A DNA stretch of 64,000 nucleotides, taken from contig JAFGCY010000096.1 of assembly GCA_016932385.1 (NCBI GenBank), positions 26,084 to 90,083 of the forward strand, read 5' to 3'. The stretch is from a bacterium. GTDB taxonomy: Bacteria; 4484-113; JAFGCY01. The notes below the pieces were generated by a model. That model searched no databases. It had not been told where the DNA came from and saw nothing but the letters and a program-made list of their open reading frames with translations. Of this stretch, positions 9,621-20,756 are shown piece by piece; positions within the stretch are counted from its first letter, which is position 1; each line of letters opens with the position of its first letter. The position numbers and the translations under genes are program-made.

Positions 9621-10039
9621 TACCGAAGCTCCAATTTCTCGACGATGCGCCACTTGACGGGCAGCTTGTGACCGGCCCGGATCAGGGCTTCCTTGGCCAT
9701 TTCGGGGTTGTCCTGCACGTGAACCTCAAACAGGATCTGGCCCGGCCTGACGACCGCGACGTAGCCCTCCGGATTACCCTTGCCCGATCCCTGGCGGGTT
9801 TCCGCCGGCTTCTTGGAATAAGGCTTGTCGGGGAAGATCCGAATCCACATCCGCCCGAACTTTTTGACGACGCGGTTGATCGCCACGCGCGAACTCTCGA
9901 TCTGGTTCGCGGTGATCCAGCGTGGTTCCAGCGTCATCAGCCCGAAGCTGCCGTACAGCACATCGCAGCTCCGATAGGCCTTGCCCTTCATCCTGCGCCG
10001 TTGCGTCTTGCGGTAACGTACTCTACTCGGCGTAAGCAT
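9620..10039 (-). CDS. rplP: 50S ribosomal protein L16
   Basis: [25 protein letters not shown]. Confidence 0.99.
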   Translation of the reverse strand: MLTPSRVRYRKTQRRRMKGKAYRSCDVLYGSFGLMTLEPRWITANQIESSRVAINRVVKKFGRMWIRIFPDKPYSKKPAETRQGSGKGNPEGYVAVVRPGQILFEVHVQDNPEMAKEALIRAGHKLPVKWRIVEKLELR

Positions 10040-10701
10040 TAGCTGACACCTTCCTTCGCTTTCTTCCTGGGGATCACGTCGCCGGTGTAAATCCAGACCT
10101 TAACGCCGATCGCGCCGTAAATCGTCCGCGCGACGCCGCAGGAATAGCTGATCTTGGCGCGCATCGTATGCAGCGGAATCCGACCGCGGCGGTACCATTC
10201 CGTCCGGCTCATCTCCGCGCCGTTCAGCCGCCCAGCCACCATCAGCTTGACGCCCTTCGCGCCGGCCTGCAGGCAGCGCTTCATCGTCTGGCGCAGCACG
10301 CGGCGGAAGTTGATACGCTTCTCGATCTGGGTGATGATGTTGCCCATCACGACTTCGGCGTTGAGATCCGGCTGGGTCTCCTCGTAGAAGTCCAGGTGCA
10401 CGTCCTTGGCGCTGGGCACCAGCCGCGTGATCTGCTTACGCAGTTCCTCGCGCCGGGCGCCGCCCTTGCCGACCGCGATACCGAGGCGGACGACGTAGCA
10501 GTTGACGATAACCTTGCCGACGTAGCGCTTGATCTCGATCTTGCTGCACTGCGCTGTAAACAGTTCCTTGTCCAGGAACTTCCGGACGCGAATATCCTCG
10601 ATCAGGTAATGACCGTATTTGTTCTTGTCCGCGTACCAAGTGCTGTCCCATGACTCAACGAGTCCCAGGCGGAATCCCTTTGGATGTGTCTTTTGGCCCA
10701 C
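10039..10701 (-). CDS. rpsC: 30S ribosomal protein S3
   Basis: [36 protein letters not shown]. Confidence 0.99.
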   Translation of the reverse strand: MGQKTHPKGFRLGLVESWDSTWYADKNKYGHYLIEDIRVRKFLDKELFTAQCSKIEIKRYVGKVIVNCYVVRLGIAVGKGGARREELRKQITRLVPSAKDVHLDFYEETQPDLNAEVVMGNIITQIEKRINFRRVLRQTMKRCLQAGAKGVKLMVAGRLNGAEMSRTEWYRRGRIPLHTMRAKISYSCGVARTIYGAIGVKVWIYTGDVIPRKKAKEGVS

Positions 10702-10703
10702 GT

Positions 10704-11144
10704 TTACTCCTTAGACTCCTTGGCGTCTTTGCTCTTCTGAGCGGCCGCGCGGCTCTTCCGCTTCGGCTTCTCCTCCGCTACTTTCGCGGCGGCGATTTTC
10801 TCGGCCGCGCCCTGCTTCAGATCCAGTTCAATTGTCACGTGGCTCGAGCGCTTGAAAATCCGGTAAGCGCGGCCCCGAGCCCGCGGATGGATCCGCTTCA
10901 TGGTCGGACCCTGGTCGACGAAAACGTTGCTGACAAACAAATACTCCGGCGCCAGGCCGTTGTTGTTCTGGGCATTGGCGATCGCGCTCTTCAACAGCTT
11001 GCTCAGCGCCTGACAGGTGGGGCTGGGCTGCAAATCCAGGATCGCCGTCGCGCGGTCCACCGGCTCGCCCTTGATCGTGTGGGCGAAGCGCCGCACCTTG
11101 AGCGCGGGAACGCCGAGGTTTTTCAGGCGCGCGTATGTTTTCAT
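10704..11144 (-). CDS. rplV: 50S ribosomal protein L22
   Basis: KLLKSAIANA, VDQGPTMKR..PRARGRA, SHVTI. Confidence 0.98.
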   Translation of the reverse strand: MKTYARLKNLGVPALKVRRFAHTIKGEPVDRATAILDLQPSPTCQALSKLLKSAIANAQNNNGLAPEYLFVSNVFVDQGPTMKRIHPRARGRAYRIFKRSSHVTIELDLKQGAAEKIAAAKVAEEKPKRKSRAAAQKSKDAKESKE

Positions 11145-11419
11145 CGCTTGGCCTTCCTTTCATCCTTGCTGTGGCTGCGGAAATTCCGCGTGGGCGCGAA
11201 CTCGCCGAACCGATGTCCGATGTGATCCTCGGTGACGAACAGCGGCACCCACTTCTTGCCGTTGTAAATCTCGAAGTTGTGGCCCAGGAACTCAGGCGTA
11301 ATAACGCAGGCGCGCTTGTACACGCGGATCACCTGCCGATCACCCGTCTCGTTCAGCTGTTCAACCTTGTTGAAGATTCCCGGATGAACATACGGCCCTT
11401 TTTTAATTGATCTGCTCAT
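11141..11419 (-). CDS. rpsS: 30S ribosomal protein S19
   Basis: MSRSIKKGPYV, YNGKK, GHRFGEFAPTR. Confidence 0.99.
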   Translation of the reverse strand: MSRSIKKGPYVHPGIFNKVEQLNETGDRQVIRVYKRACVITPEFLGHNFEIYNGKKWVPLFVTEDHIGHRFGEFAPTRNFRSHSKDERKAKR

Positions 11420-11437
11420 CTACTCGGCTGCTCCTTC

Positions 11438-12271
11438 TTACTTGACCCGCCGGTCCTTGACGAGATAATTGCGCGCCTTGCTCTTACGGCGCGTCCTATA
11501 GCCCTTGGCAATCACGCCCGTGGCGCTGCAAGGCGCGCGCCCGCTGTTGGTCCGGCCTTCGCCGCCGCCATGCGGGTGGTCGACCGGGTTCATCACCGTA
11601 CCGCGGACATGCGGCCGGCGGCCCAGGTGGCGCTTGCGTCCGGCCTTACCCAGCTTAACGTTGTCGTGATCGAGGTTGCTGACTTGGCCGATGGTGGCGC
11701 GGCACTTGCGCGGCACCCGCCGCATTTCGCCACTGGGCAAGCGGATGATCGCATCCTTGCCTTCCTTGGCCATCAGCTGCGCCGACGCGCCCGCCGCGCG
11801 GACCAGCTTGCCGCCCTGACCGGGCAACAACTCGATGTTGTGCACCATGGTTCCGTCCGGCATGCTGTCCAACGGCAGCGTGTTGCCCACGCGGATCTCG
11901 GCGGCCGGACCGCTGGCGACGTAGTCGCCCACTTTCAGGCCTTCTGGCGCGATGATGTAACTGAGCTTGTTGTCCTCGATATACGAAACCAAGGCGATAA
12001 ATGCGCTGCGGTTCGGATCGTACTGGATCGACTTGACTTCGGCGCGGCCTTCGTCCTTACGGCGGCTGAAGTCGATGATCCGGTAGTGCTGGCGGTTGCC
12101 ACCTCCGCGACAACGTACGGTCACGTGGCCCTGGCTGTTACGCCCGCCGCGCTTCTTCTTCACCTTGAGAAGCTTCTTCTCAGGCTTGTCCCCGCTCAGG
12201 ACGTCACTGTAGTCTATCGACGTCATCCCACGGCGGGAGGGTGTGTATGGTTTGTAATTCTTCATCGCCAT
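11438..12271 (-). CDS. rplB: 50S ribosomal protein L2
   Basis: [31 protein letters not shown]. Confidence 0.99.
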   Translation of the reverse strand: MAMKNYKPYTPSRRGMTSIDYSDVLSGDKPEKKLLKVKKKRGGRNSQGHVTVRCRGGGNRQHYRIIDFSRRKDEGRAEVKSIQYDPNRSAFIALVSYIEDNKLSYIIAPEGLKVGDYVASGPAAEIRVGNTLPLDSMPDGTMVHNIELLPGQGGKLVRAAGASAQLMAKEGKDAIIRLPSGEMRRVPRKCRATIGQVSNLDHDNVKLGKAGRKRHLGRRPHVRGTVMNPVDHPHGGGEGRTNSGRAPCSATGVIAKGYRTRRKSKARNYLVKDRRVK

Positions 12272-12288
12272 GTTGCGCTCCCGTCCTG

Positions 12289-12588
12289 CTAGACAGCCTC
12301 ACTCAGTTCTGGAATCATTTCGCCTTCCGCCAAGGTGACCACCGCCTTGCGGCGCTTGCTGGTCTTGTATATGAAACGCCCCGCACGCTTCGGCTTACGG
12401 GGCAGATTGATGATGTTCACGTCGGCAACTTTGACGCCAAAGCGCTCACTCACCGCGCGCTTGATGTCGGTCTTGGTCGCCCGATCCGAAACCTGGAACA
12501 GGTATTTACCGTGCTCCATCATCAGCTCGTTGCTTTTTTCGGAAATGATTGGGGCGATCAGGATATCGGCATAATGAAACTCTCCCAT
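12289..12588 (-). CDS. rplW: 50S ribosomal protein L23
   Basis: PIISEKS, ATKTDIK.AV..FGVKV, KAVVTL. Confidence 0.97.
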   Translation of the reverse strand: MGEFHYADILIAPIISEKSNELMMEHGKYLFQVSDRATKTDIKRAVSERFGVKVADVNIINLPRKPKRAGRFIYKTSKRRKAVVTLAEGEMIPELSEAV

Positions 12589-13262
12589 TATGCGTCACCT
12601 CCATCTTCCACGTCGTCGCCAGCTTCGGTCGGAGCGGCTGTTTCTTCCTCATCCGCCGGCTCATTGTGCTGGTTCAGATATTTCTTGAATTCATCCAGCG
12701 CGGTCTGGCTGAAAACCAAGCGGCTGCTTTCCACCAGATCGCGTACATTGAGGAAACGCGGCGCCACCAGCCGGACGTTCCAGATATTGCGCGCGCTGCG
12801 CCACAACAGCGAATCGGGCGACGCCACCAGGCAGATCGTTTCGTACTCGCTGAGCTTGGCCACGATCTCCGCCGCTTCCTTGGTCTTCGCGATCTTCTCG
12901 AAGTCCTGGCCCTGGACCACGTACGCCGTTTCCGCCTCGATATGCAGTAACACCGCGCTACGCAAAGCGCTCTTGCGGATGTGCTTGTTCAGGCCGGTCT
13001 TGCGCAGCCGATGCAGCGGCGGGAAGGCCAGACCGCCGCCCGTCATGTGGGGGTTGGTCTGCTCGCCCTGCCGCGCGCGGCCGGTACCCTTCTGCCGGTA
13101 CCACTTCGCGCCCGTCGCCTGCACGTCGGACTTACGCTTCTTTCTGGCCGTGGCCGGCAAGCCGTGCCGGACCTGGCGCAGATAGCTTTCCTGCACGTGG
13201 AACTGGTTCGGGGTGCTAATGCCCAGCTCCGGCAGTTCCTTTAATTTCACAGTCCTCGCCAC
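12588..13262 (-). CDS. rplD: 50S ribosomal protein L4
   Basis: K..RQKGTGRARQG, GGG.AF.P, LNK..RK.ALRS; synteny. Confidence 0.96.
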   Translation of the reverse strand: MARTVKLKELPELGISTPNQFHVQESYLRQVRHGLPATARKKRKSDVQATGAKWYRQKGTGRARQGEQTNPHMTGGGLAFPPLHRLRKTGLNKHIRKSALRSAVLLHIEAETAYVVQGQDFEKIAKTKEAAEIVAKLSEYETICLVASPDSLLWRSARNIWNVRLVAPRFLNVRDLVESSRLVFSQTALDEFKKYLNQHNEPADEEETAAPTEAGDDVEDGGDA

Positions 13263-13265
13263 AGC

Positions 13266-13946
13266 TTAACCCTCCTCGACCTCTACAACCTGTTCCGCGC
13301 GCTCGGTCCGCATGGTAATGAACACGGTGGCGCCATTCGGCCCCGGCACACTGCCCGTGACGGCGACCAAGTCAAGCTCCGCGTCGTATTCGAACACCGT
13401 GGCGCCCTTGATCGAAACCGTCTGGTTACCCATCCGGCCCGGCCGGCGGCTGCCCTTGAAGACCCGGGCGGGATCAGTCGCGTTGTTACTCATCGGCCGC
13501 CGGTTATCGGGATCGCCGTGCGTCCGCGTCTGACCGGCAAAGCCCCAGCGCTTCATCGCGCCGGCGAAACCCTTACCCTTGCTGGTTCCCGTGATCTTGA
13601 TCTCGTCCCAGTTTTTCACTGTGTCCTGCGCGGCAATCTTTTGCCCGAGTTCCATGCCTTCGAGATCCGCGGGCTCAACGCGCGATTCGTAGAACTTGCG
13701 ATAGGCTTCCGTCACGCCGGCCTTGGCGAGAATACCTTTAAGCGGCTTGTTCAGCTTCTTATCGGCGACCTTCTCGTAGGCAACCTGGACGGCACAGTAG
13801 CCATGGGTTTCCGGGCGCTTGATCTCCGTGACCACAACCTCCAGCGGCTGCAGCAGGGTTACCGGCACCGTCGTACCGGCTCCGTCAAACGCACTGGTCA
13901 TCCCTATTTTTTTGGCTGGTATACACTTGATCATCTTTAGCCCCAA
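13266..13946 (-). CDS. rplC: 50S ribosomal protein L3
   Basis: KKIGMT, GY.AVQ, GTSKGKGFAG, RVFKG...PGRMG, GSVPG. Confidence 0.98.
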   Translation of the reverse strand: MGLKMIKCIPAKKIGMTSAFDGAGTTVPVTLLQPLEVVVTEIKRPETHGYCAVQVAYEKVADKKLNKPLKGILAKAGVTEAYRKFYESRVEPADLEGMELGQKIAAQDTVKNWDEIKITGTSKGKGFAGAMKRWGFAGQTRTHGDPDNRRPMSNNATDPARVFKGSRRPGRMGNQTVSIKGATVFEYDAELDLVAVTGSVPGPNGATVFITMRTERAEQVVEVEEG

Positions 13947-13982
13947 TCAGCAGGCGCTCCTGCGCCAGTGCGAAAAGGAATA

Positions 13983-14288
13983 CTACAGCTTCAACTCGAC
14001 ATCCACGCCACTGGGCAGGTCCAGCGAGCTCAGGTGCTCGACTGTCTGGCTGGTGGGATTGAGAATGTCGATAATGCGCTTGTGCGTCCGCATCTCAAAA
14101 TGCTCGCGCGATTTCTTGTCAACGTGTGGGCTGCGCAATACGCAGAAGATCCGCTTCTCGGTGGGCAGCGGAATCGGACCCACGACTTTCGCGCCACTGC
14201 GCTCAGCAGTGGACACGATTCTCTCCACGCTTTGGTCAAGGATCTTGTGATCAAAGCTCTTCAACCTGATCCTGATTCGCTGTGCCAT
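13983..14288 (-). CDS. rpsJ: 30S ribosomal protein S10
   Basis: [31 protein letters not shown]. Confidence 0.99.
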   Translation of the reverse strand: MAQRIRIRLKSFDHKILDQSVERIVSTAERSGAKVVGPIPLPTEKRIFCVLRSPHVDKKSREHFEMRTHKRIIDILNPTSQTVEHLSSLDLPSGVDVELKL

Positions 14289-14340
14289 TTGGTTCGATTT
14301 CCTCTCTGCTTACAGCTAAACTGTTTCGGCCTTACGACAC

Positions 14341-14371
14341 AACAAAGGCCAGCCCGTAGGCGGCCTTTGTT
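14341..14371 (-). terminator. Strong hairpin in the rpsJ leader, possible attenuator
   Basis: AACAAAGGCC-N11-GGCCTTTGTT, a perfect 10-bp stem; its minus-strand 3' side reads GGCC-UUUGUUGUG. Confidence 0.5.
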
Positions 14372-14462
14372 AACTTTTTCCTTCGCCGTGTCGCGACACT
14401 TTCCATTAAGGAGGAGTTACCGCTCCACACCGAGCTACCAACCCCTGGCAGCGGGAACGATG

Positions 14463-14491
14463 ACTTTAACACATATCCCCGATCATCGCAA
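14463..14491 (-). promoter_or_regulatory. Sigma70-type promoter of the S10 operon
   Basis: Minus strand TTGCGA-17 bp-TAAAGT with a TGn extended -10, about 170 nt upstream of rpsJ. Confidence 0.6.
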
Positions 14492-14763
14492 GACCTTGCG
14501 GACTAGATAATTGCAGTCCGGAAGATTTCACCCGGAAGGTCCCGAGCTGGACGTTTTACCGGTTACCGAGTAGGTCCTGATCGATTCGCTGATCTGCGCA
14601 GGTTGCGGCAAGTTTATGTATCCTGCGGGGAGCATGGTTTATTTACGCAATAGCGACAATTCATACAATCGTTATGCCCGTTGGAATTTCGCTTCATCTG
14701 GTTGCCAACGGGATAAGCCCATGACGTGCCGCTAAATGAGCCGTTGGGTAGCTCGGTGAATTA

Positions 14764-14792
14764 TTGCCAAACAACACAAGTTGTGTTATAAT
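14764..14792 (+). promoter_or_regulatory. Sigma70-type promoter of the XRE-S24 repressor with a palindromic operator candidate
   Basis: TTGCCA(14764)-17 bp-TATAAT(14787) with TGn; AACACAA-G-TTGTGTT at 14773-14787; TATTGCCA/TGGCAATA inverted pair at 14762 and 14801. Confidence 0.75.
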
Positions 14793-14969
14793 ACACATGA
14801 TGGCAATACTATTCAATCGGGTTTGACGGATTTTTAAGCAGGAAAGTACGGTCGACCTGTTTTCCGATGTGCTAGAATTTAACAGAGTGCAAATCATTTA
14901 GCACTCTGGCGGTGAATCCAAGGCGGCTTTTGCGCCTCGGTGAAAATACTGAATTACCAGGAGACCTAT

Positions 14970-15749
14970 ATGCCCAAGGTAACAAGCAATGAGGGTAAGC
15001 CTTATGCTGAAATTGGAACATTACTGCGCAATCTGCGCCTGCGTCGGGGTCTAAGCCAGTTCGAGCTGGCCAATGCCGCGGGGATCAACAACAGCTACCT
15101 GTCCCGCATCGAGAACGGGGAGCGCCGCCCCTCGCCGAAGATTCTGAAGCGCTTTTCCGAGATTCTCGAGCATCCATATGACGATCTAGTCGTTAAAAGC
15201 GGGATCCTCAGTGAGGAGTTCGTTCGCTCAACCGCTCCCGCGATCCAGCAGGCCCCCATCGACACCACAACTGAAGTCCTGCAGAAAATAATCCAGAATA
15301 TGCAGCACGGCCAGATGCCGTTGGCTGGCACGCAACCTGCAGCCACCAGCCGCGCCGTCCCGGTGTTCGATACAGTGCCGGCGGGATTACTGAAAGAAGC
15401 CAATGTTGTCGAGGCCTACGACGATGTCGAAAAGCTCGTGCTCAACGAGGCCGAGTTGGGTTACGATCCCAAGGCCTTTGCGTTGATCGTCAAGGGCGAC
15501 AGCATGGTCGATGCCGGCATCCTGGACGGCGACGTTTTGATCATCAGCCCCAATACGCCGGTCCAGAACGGGCAGATCGGCGTGGCCCAGATCAACCGGC
15601 GCACGACCACCGTCAAGCGGATTTATGTGGAAAACAACGTCGTGATCCTGCATCCGGCGAATTCCGAATATAAGCCGCAAGTCCTCGCTCCGCCCGACGA
15701 GGTCGAAATTCTCGGCAAGGTGATCCTGGTCCGGCGCAAGATGTTCTAG
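14970..15749 (+). CDS. XRE-family HTH plus S24 peptidase repressor (LexA/CI-like)
   Basis: ATG 14970 after AGGAG; N-terminal LSQFELA..GINNSYLSRIENG; cleavage site VPAG, catalytic Ser in GDSM and Lys in TTVKR. Confidence 0.92.
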   Translation: MPKVTSNEGKPYAEIGTLLRNLRLRRGLSQFELANAAGINNSYLSRIENGERRPSPKILKRFSEILEHPYDDLVVKSGILSEEFVRSTAPAIQQAPIDTTTEVLQKIIQNMQHGQMPLAGTQPAATSRAVPVFDTVPAGLLKEANVVEAYDDVEKLVLNEAELGYDPKAFALIVKGDSMVDAGILDGDVLIISPNTPVQNGQIGVAQINRRTTTVKRIYVENNVVILHPANSEYKPQVLAPPDEVEILGKVILVRRKMF

Positions 15750-15806
15750 GCTAGCTGGTGAACGGCACAGGTATAATACGCCAGTAGCATAATCAGAGGA
15801 CATCAC

Positions 15807-16064
15807 ATGGACAACAGCAATCAGCCGGGGGCGCAGCAGGCCTTCGAAGAGCAGCTACGCGCGATCCTGGAGAAAGTGCGCCCGTTTTTGCAGATGGATG
15901 GTGGCGACATTGAACTGGTCGCGATTGAGGATCGCAATGCCCTGGTGCGTCTGAAAGGAGCTTGCCATGGCTGTCCCAGCGCCACATATACACTGAAGAT
16001 GGGCGTCGAGCAGGCGATCCGCAAGGAAATCCCCGATTTTGGCGAATTGATCCAGGTCGATTAA
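15807..16064 (+). CDS. NifU C-terminal (Nfu) domain Fe-S carrier
   Basis: VRPFLQMDGGDIELV, GACHGCPS; own TATAAT at 15772. Confidence 0.95.
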   Translation: MDNSNQPGAQQAFEEQLRAILEKVRPFLQMDGGDIELVAIEDRNALVRLKGACHGCPSATYTLKMGVEQAIRKEIPDFGELIQVD

Positions 16065-16110
16065 GCGGATCGCATTCACAGCAATCGTACTCCGGCGCTA
16101 AAATCGGCTT

Positions 16111-16824
16111 ATGCGAGCAGTCGCCAACATGCTGGCCACCCCCTGGCAAATCCTGGTGTCCCCCACCAACACCTGCCAGCAGCTGATTGCCACGCCCCAG
16201 TGGTGGCCGGCGTTCATGACCCAGTGGATTCTGGTGCTGTTGAGCAGCCTGGTCGTACGGTCGCCGATGCTGGAACTACTCGAATCGGCGGGTGTTGGCG
16301 GCGGCCGCGACCGGCTGACGCCCTCGCTGGTCATATCGCTGGCTCTCTTGCTGTTTTTCTGGCTGATCATCTGCAATCTTTTAGCCGCCGCGCTGCTGAA
16401 GCTGGCGGCAGCCCTCGTCGGCGGCCGGGTTGGCTATCGGCTTTGCCTGGTCGCCGTCACCCACGGGTTTATGCCCATTGCCCTGGGCTACGTACTTTCG
16501 GCGATCACCTTTCTGATCATCCAGCCGTTGAGCGTCAATCCGATCGAGGCCGTTACACTGTCGATCAAGCCCTACAGCTTCGGCCTGGCCACACTCGCGC
16601 CCCATTTGTTCCCGCCAGCAACATTTGCCTGGTTTTTGGCGTCGTATCTTGATGTGCTCGGGCTGTGGGCCCTGGTACTCATCGTCACCGCCAGCCTCCG
16701 GTTCCTGGGATTAAGTAAAACACAGGCGATTTGGCTTGCGGGTGAACTGATGCTACTATCCTTTGCCGTTATTACTGGATGGTGGCAAATAACTCAGCGT
16801 TGGCTGCTTAGTATTGGCGGCTGA
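16111..16824 (+). CDS. Yip1-domain (YknW-like) membrane protein
   Basis: ILVSP...P.WW.P start, several hydrophobic segments, LGLSKTQA; directly precedes an MFP and ABC permeases. Confidence 0.7.
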   Translation: MRAVANMLATPWQILVSPTNTCQQLIATPQWWPAFMTQWILVLLSSLVVRSPMLELLESAGVGGGRDRLTPSLVISLALLLFFWLIICNLLAAALLKLAAALVGGRVGYRLCLVAVTHGFMPIALGYVLSAITFLIIQPLSVNPIEAVTLSIKPYSFGLATLAPHLFPPATFAWFLASYLDVLGLWALVLIVTASLRFLGLSKTQAIWLAGELMLLSFAVITGWWQITQRWLLSIGG

Positions 16825-16840
16825 GTCGGAGGAAGGCTCA

Positions 16841-18193
16841 ATGTGGCGTAAGGTAGGGTGCATCGCACTGATCGTTGTCGTCGTGGCGATTATCGTCGCG
16901 GTTGTGATCCAGCAAACCAAGGGGGACGGTGGATTCAGCTTCCACGTCGGATCCAAAGGCAAAACGCAGGACGAGGACAAGAAGTCCGATTTCGAGACTG
17001 CCCGCATCGATAACCTGAAGCTGACCGTCGAAGCGACGGGCAGTACCGAGCCAATCGCCGATATCGATGTAAAAAGCGAAGCCACCGGGCGGATCACCGA
17101 GTTCTTCGTCGAGGAAGGCGACCTGGTCAGCAAAGGCGACCTGATCTGCAAACTGGACCAGAGCAATCAGCTGCTGGTGGTCGATGCCCGCGAAATCGCC
17201 CTGAAGCAGGCCAAACTGGCTTATCAGGAAACGCAGGAAGCCACATCCCTCACCAGCCAGTCCTCCTATGAATCAGCCTATGTAAGTGCCGAAGCCAACC
17301 TGCGTTCCGCCCAGGAAGCCTGTGACAATGCCGCTGTCTCGTTGGATCGAATTCGGGAGCTTCACGGCAAGGGCTACGCCACCGACCAGGAATTGGAGAA
17401 TGCCCAGCTCAGTTTGACTTCAGCGCAAACGACGCTGGATTCCGCCCAGGTTGCGTTCGATGATGCCAAAACCAAACTTGAATCATTCAAAAACACGAGT
17501 AACACGAACCAGATCGAACAGGCCCGTCTGAACATGAAAGGTGCGGAGGTTGCGTTGGCCGAAGCGCGGAAACAACTCGGCGACAGCGTGATCACCAGCC
17601 CGATCGACGGCATCATCCTGGAAAAATCGCTCGATGTCGGCGACAGCGTCGTCAGTATCAACAGCGCTTATGGCGGTGGCACATCGATCGTCAAAGTCGC
17701 GGACATGGGCAAGATCCAGGTTCGTACCAGTGTCGACGAAATCGACATCGGCAAGCTCTCCGTCGGCCAGACGGCCGTTGTCACGGTCGACACTTACGCC
17801 GACCGCGAATTCACGGGTACAGTTACCAATGTTTTTCCCCAGGGCGTTACCACCGGCAGCGGTTTGATCAGCTTCATTGTCATGGTCGAGGTCGACAACA
17901 CCGACAGTCTGCTGCTCGGCAACATGACGGCGTCCGTGCAAATCGAAGCCCAGGTGATTGAGGATGTCCTGCTGGTTCCCCTGTCCGCGACCCGTGCGGG
18001 CGAAAAGCCCGATACCAACATCGTCTACGTCCTGAAGGAAGGCGAGGATCCGGACGATCCCAAGGCCGAGACCGAAGAGCGTGAGGTCAAGCTCGGCGAT
18101 ACCGATTTCGTCGACGTGGTCATTCTGGAAGGCTTGGAAGAAGGCGATTTGGTCAAGGTCCGTGGTTTCGCGACTCAGTTCCAGTTTGATTAA
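16841..18193 (+). CDS. Efflux membrane-fusion protein (MacA/YknX-like)
   Basis: N-terminal anchor, VEEGDLVSKGD.I..LD, coiled coil, ITSPIDG, VDEIDI..L.VGQ. Confidence 0.93.
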   Translation: MWRKVGCIALIVVVVAIIVAVVIQQTKGDGGFSFHVGSKGKTQDEDKKSDFETARIDNLKLTVEATGSTEPIADIDVKSEATGRITEFFVEEGDLVSKGDLICKLDQSNQLLVVDAREIALKQAKLAYQETQEATSLTSQSSYESAYVSAEANLRSAQEACDNAAVSLDRIRELHGKGYATDQELENAQLSLTSAQTTLDSAQVAFDDAKTKLESFKNTSNTNQIEQARLNMKGAEVALAEARKQLGDSVITSPIDGIILEKSLDVGDSVVSINSAYGGGTSIVKVADMGKIQVRTSVDEIDIGKLSVGQTAVVTVDTYADREFTGTVTNVFPQGVTTGSGLISFIVMVEVDNTDSLLLGNMTASVQIEAQVIEDVLLVPLSATRAGEKPDTNIVYVLKEGEDPDDPKAETEEREVKLGDTDFVDVVILEGLEEGDLVKVRGFATQFQFD

Positions 18194-18226
18194 CGGAGTC
18201 CAGGCGACCGTCGCCGGCGAATAGCT

Positions 18227-19460
<1,234 letters not shown>

Positions 19461-19468
<8 letters not shown>

Positions 19469-20711
19469 TATCTACGTGCTGATCTGGACCTCCTTGCGCC
19501 TGGCGATGCGCCAACTGGTCCGCAACAAGGTGAGAAGCTTCCTGACGATGCTCGGGATTCTGATCGGTATCGGCTCGGTGGTGGCAATCGTCTCACTGGG
19601 CGAAGGCTTGAAAGCGATGTTTGTGGGCGAGATCGCCACGCAGGCCAACGCGGATTTGATCTGGATTATGCCGGACGCGCCGATGCAGCCCGGCCGTCTA
19701 CCCCGCGGTGTCAAGCTGTTCAACAACCACGACATCGACATGATCGGCAAGTCCGATTACATCGTCGACACCTACGGCGTTCACATGATGGAGAGCGTGG
19801 TGGTTAAGCACGGCTGGCGCAGTGAGAACGTGCAATTGGTCATGGCCAATTACGACTATTTCCCCAGCGACGGCTGGATTGTCGAGCACGGCCGGATGTT
19901 CCTCGATTCCGAGGATCGGGCCCGGGCGATGGTTTGCCTGGTGGCGAGCGATATCGATGAGACGCTCTACGACAAGCACGAAAATCTGCTCGGTTCCTAC
20001 CTGCAAATCAATGGCCAGCGCTTCGAAGTCATCGGAGAGATGAAAGAGCGCAGCGCGATGGCCGGCGGAAGCACCGCCAACAAGATGGTGTTCGTGCCAC
20101 TAGCCACGGGACAGGATCGGCTGGCCGGTACCGATGATGTGTATTGTATCGCCGCCAAGGTTCGGGACACGCGCGAATTGCAGGAGGCCAAGGAAGATAT
20201 CGCCACGCGCCTGCGTGCCAGCCGGCGGATCCGTAGCGGCGCGGACGATGACTTCCAGATCACCACGACCGACGACTGGGCCAACTTCGCCAACGGCTTC
20301 GTCAACACGCTGATCACTGTGTTCGGCATCGTCGCGGTGATCGCGCTGTTGGTCGGTGGGATCGGCGTGATGAACATTATGCTGGTCAACGTGCGCGAAC
20401 GCACGCGCGAGATCGGCCTGCGCAAAGCTCTGGGCGCTACGGCGACGCAAATCACCTGGCAGTTCCTGGTCGAATCGATGACCCTGACCACGCTGGGCGG
20501 CGTCCTCGGCATCCTGATCGGCTATGCGCTGGGCCTGGGCGTCGCGCTGATCATGAAGAGCCTGTGGGACGTGTTCTGGTGGCCCAGCGTCCCGATGGTC
20601 TGGATCCTCGCCGTGGTCTGCACCGGCCTGGGGCTGGGCCTGGCCTTCGGCGTCTACCCCGCCTGGCGGGCCGGTCTGCTCAATCCGATCGATGCCTTGC
20701 GCTACGAATAA
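19461..20711 (+). CDS. MacB/YknZ-type ABC permease (second paralogue)
   Basis: NKVRSFLTMLGILIGI, VGGIGVMNIMLV.VRERTREIG, PIDALRYE. Confidence 0.95.
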
Positions 20712-20756
20712 CCGCCCGACTGGCAGCCTTCGCGCGCTAAAGGGTAAAATCCACGC

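Noticed and set aside
14694-14897. 67-aa minus-strand ORF in the rpsJ-repressor gap as a cro-like gene
   Set aside because: No HTH pattern or ribosome-binding site, atypical codon usage, and it runs across the promoter and operator.
14883-14908. CAGAGTGC-N10-GCACTCTG containing CIRCE-like half sites
   Set aside because: The halves are in the reverse order to TTAGCACTC-N9-GAGTGCTAA, so this is not an HrcA operator; at most a 5' UTR hairpin.
14970-15749. Possible prophage marked by the CI-like repressor
   Set aside because: No integrase, cro, structural genes or att repeats; neighbours are housekeeping genes.
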